Shown: piece by piece, positions 44,214-45,778 of the stretch
Layout: every line of letters starts with the position of its first letter
How positions within the stretch are numbered: position 1 is the stretch's first letter
From: a virus
Lineage: Duplodnaviria; Caudoviricetes
IMG/VR virus record: IMGVR_UViG_3300037422_000629
Coordinates: 1-45,778 of that record
Length of the DNA: 45,778 nt
Reading direction: 5' to 3' (one strand)
Translations under genes and position numbers: made by a program
Notes under the pieces: model-generated
What the model was told of the DNA's origin: nothing
What the model saw: the letters and a program-made list of their open reading frames with translations, nothing else
Database searches by the model: none

Positions 44214-45778
44214 TCAAATTACCGCCTCCGTGTGGTAGCCTTCGCCTACTATTTCAGACTCCTGCCACGCCTCTACGGGCAACGCCCCCAAGCCCAACCC
44301 CTCCGTGCCGTCGGCCTCGCGCATCTCAAGCGTGTAGAGCCAGGTGACCCGCCCGGCGCGGATACGCGGATTGGTAATACTCGCTCCGTTGGTCGTCCAG
44401 AAATAGGGCCACAACGTGACTGCGCCGTCCACCGGCTGCGTGCCGGCGGCGAACGCCTCGCTGTCGCCGTCCTCGTAATCGGCGTAAAAGTAGGGCAGCC
44501 CGTCTCGCAGTTCAATCCGCGCCTTAACGGGGATGGGGTTGCCCAGCCCCGACGGGTCATCTAACTCTTTCGTGCCGATAATAGTAGCGCCGACCCCGTA
44601 TTCAACTTTGCGGGCGACGGCAATCGAACCGTCCGGCGCATTGGCCGTCACGTCAACGTAGTATTCTACCAGCCCGGAGGCTGGCGTCTCGTAATACGAG
44701 CGCAGGCCGATTATTGCCACGTCCGTCGCTCCGGGAGCGCACAAACTTTGCACGAAACTGTTTTCGGCGCTAACGCGCGGCCCCACATTGTGGGTCTGCG
44801 TAGCCGGGTCACTGTTGATCGGGTCCGGAGTCAGACTAGCGTCTTGCGTGAGCGGCGCGGTAATGAGCTGCGCGCGCGGCGGCGCGGCGTCGGGAATAAA
44901 TACCCTGAACCGCTGCAACCCTGCCACCGTGGCGAAATTGGGCGCGAATGCTGCGCCGCCCACACGAGCGCGCGGCGTGAGGGCAATCAGCACGTTTTCT
45001 TGCGCCTCGTCCCATTCGCCCGCTATTAGCGGCCCCAAGGGTTTGGCTGTGCCGCCCGTCCAGGTGAAGGCGAGCGTGGCCGCTTCGTCCAAGTCCTGCC
45101 CGCTCGTCACCAGCTTGTAGTCATATTCTGTGTTGAGGTCGGCCAAATCCAGCGGCACGAATACGACTGCCGGCGTCAGCAGCACGAAGCGTTCTTCGCT
45201 AACGTGGTCATTTTTGGCGTATTCCGTGCCGCGCACGCCGCGCAGCAGAGTGGAGAGCCGCCAGCGGTTCGAGTAGCCCGACTGTTGCACCGCCGAGGCG
45301 AAGTGCAACACCTCGTCGCCCAACAGACATGCGTTCTGCCCGCCCAGCATCTCCTCTTCCGTGCAGGACTCCAGCGTCTCCGCGTCGTAGAGGTCAACGT
45401 CAAAATAATTAACCCGGTCAAGCCCGCTGGCCGGCGTGAAATCGCCCAATGCCGAGGCAGCACGCCCCATCGTTGAGGCCGTCGGGATGGCGTCCAGAAA
45501 ACGCCACTGGTTATTTTGGTAGCGATAGAGCGCCGCCCCGTTCCAGGCCAGCCCCGCATCGGCGCGCAGGGGTCGTGCGGCCACATAGAGGCCGACGCCG
45601 TTGTTGTTCGTGGCGTCGCCGTCGCGTAACAAGGGCGTGTCGAGCAGCGCGCCGACGGTGGCCCCGCGTACGGCCACGGGCGGCGGCTCGAAGACGCCCG
45701 GCTCGCCCGCCGCCGGCTGCGTGTAGAGCGTGGCGTGAACGGGTGCGACTTCGCACTCCAGGACGCCGATGCCGCCCT
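44214..45778 (-). CDS. GTA-like host-specificity/central tail tip protein, 3' part
   Basis: N.C.LGDEVL.F..A.......WRLS.LLRG.RGTE.A...H...ERFVLL motif; continues from 1..2165 across the origin. Confidence 0.88.
   Translation of the reverse strand, partial: GGIGVLECEVAPVHATLYTQPAAGEPGVFEPPPVAVRGATVGALLDTPLLRDGDATNNNGVGLYVAARPLRADAGLAWNGAALYRYQNNQWRFLDAIPTASTMGRAASALGDFTPASGLDRVNYFDVDLYDAETLESCTEEEMLGGQNACLLGDEVLHFASAVQQSGYSNRWRLSTLLRGVRGTEYAKNDHVSEERFVLLTPAVVFVPLDLADLNTEYDYKLVTSGQDLDEAATLAFTWTGGTAKPLGPLIAGEWDEAQENVLIALTPRARVGGAAFAPNFATVAGLQRFRVFIPDAAPPRAQLITAPLTQDASLTPDPINSDPATQTHNVGPRVSAENSFVQSLCAPGATDVAIIGLRSYYETPASGLVEYYVDVTANAPDGSIAVARKVEYGVGATIIGTKELDDPSGLGNPIPVKARIELRDGLPYFYADYEDGDSEAFAAGTQPVDGAVTLWPYFWTTNGASITNPRIRAGRVTWLYTLEMREADGTEGLGLGALPVEAWQESEIVGEGYHTEAVI
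45547..45778. repeat. Terminal direct repeat, right copy
   Basis: 231/232 identical to 1-232. Confidence 0.97.

Noticed and set aside
42759-45778. Diversity-generating retroelement or invertible fibre cassette
   Set aside because: No reverse transcriptase, template-repeat copy or invertase seen

Overview
A probably complete ~45.5-kb temperate siphovirus genome. It is circularly permuted: bases 1-232 repeat at 45547-45778 with one mismatch, giving a unit length of 45,546 bp. The minus strand carries the late region: lysis cassette, terminase, DUF4055 portal, a frameshifted Dam-like methylase, scaffold, P22-coat-like capsid, neck and fibre genes, tail tube, a G/GT chaperone with a -1 frameshift, tape measure, and an RcGTA-like baseplate (DUF2460, DUF2163, NlpC/P60, and a large host-specificity protein split across the origin). 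The centre holds a tyrosine integrase with attP-like arm repeats, an ImmA-like protease, a TonB-C-domain protein and a cI/cro switch with five operators. The plus-strand early region has two tRNA-like elements in structured non-coding DNA, Bet/RecT, HU, an iteron-containing initiator and a DnaC-like loader. The most notable part is 36.5-42.1 kb: an apparent deletion relic of a type IV CRISPR effector (csf1 5' end fused to csf3 3' end), an inserted cassette, and intact helicase-like, IbrA (CysH/PAPS reductase) and IbrB (ParB-like) genes. The style of the TonB domain suggests an Acidobacteriota (Blastocatellia-like) host, which is inference only. All protein calls come from motif recognition by eye; no database searches were run.
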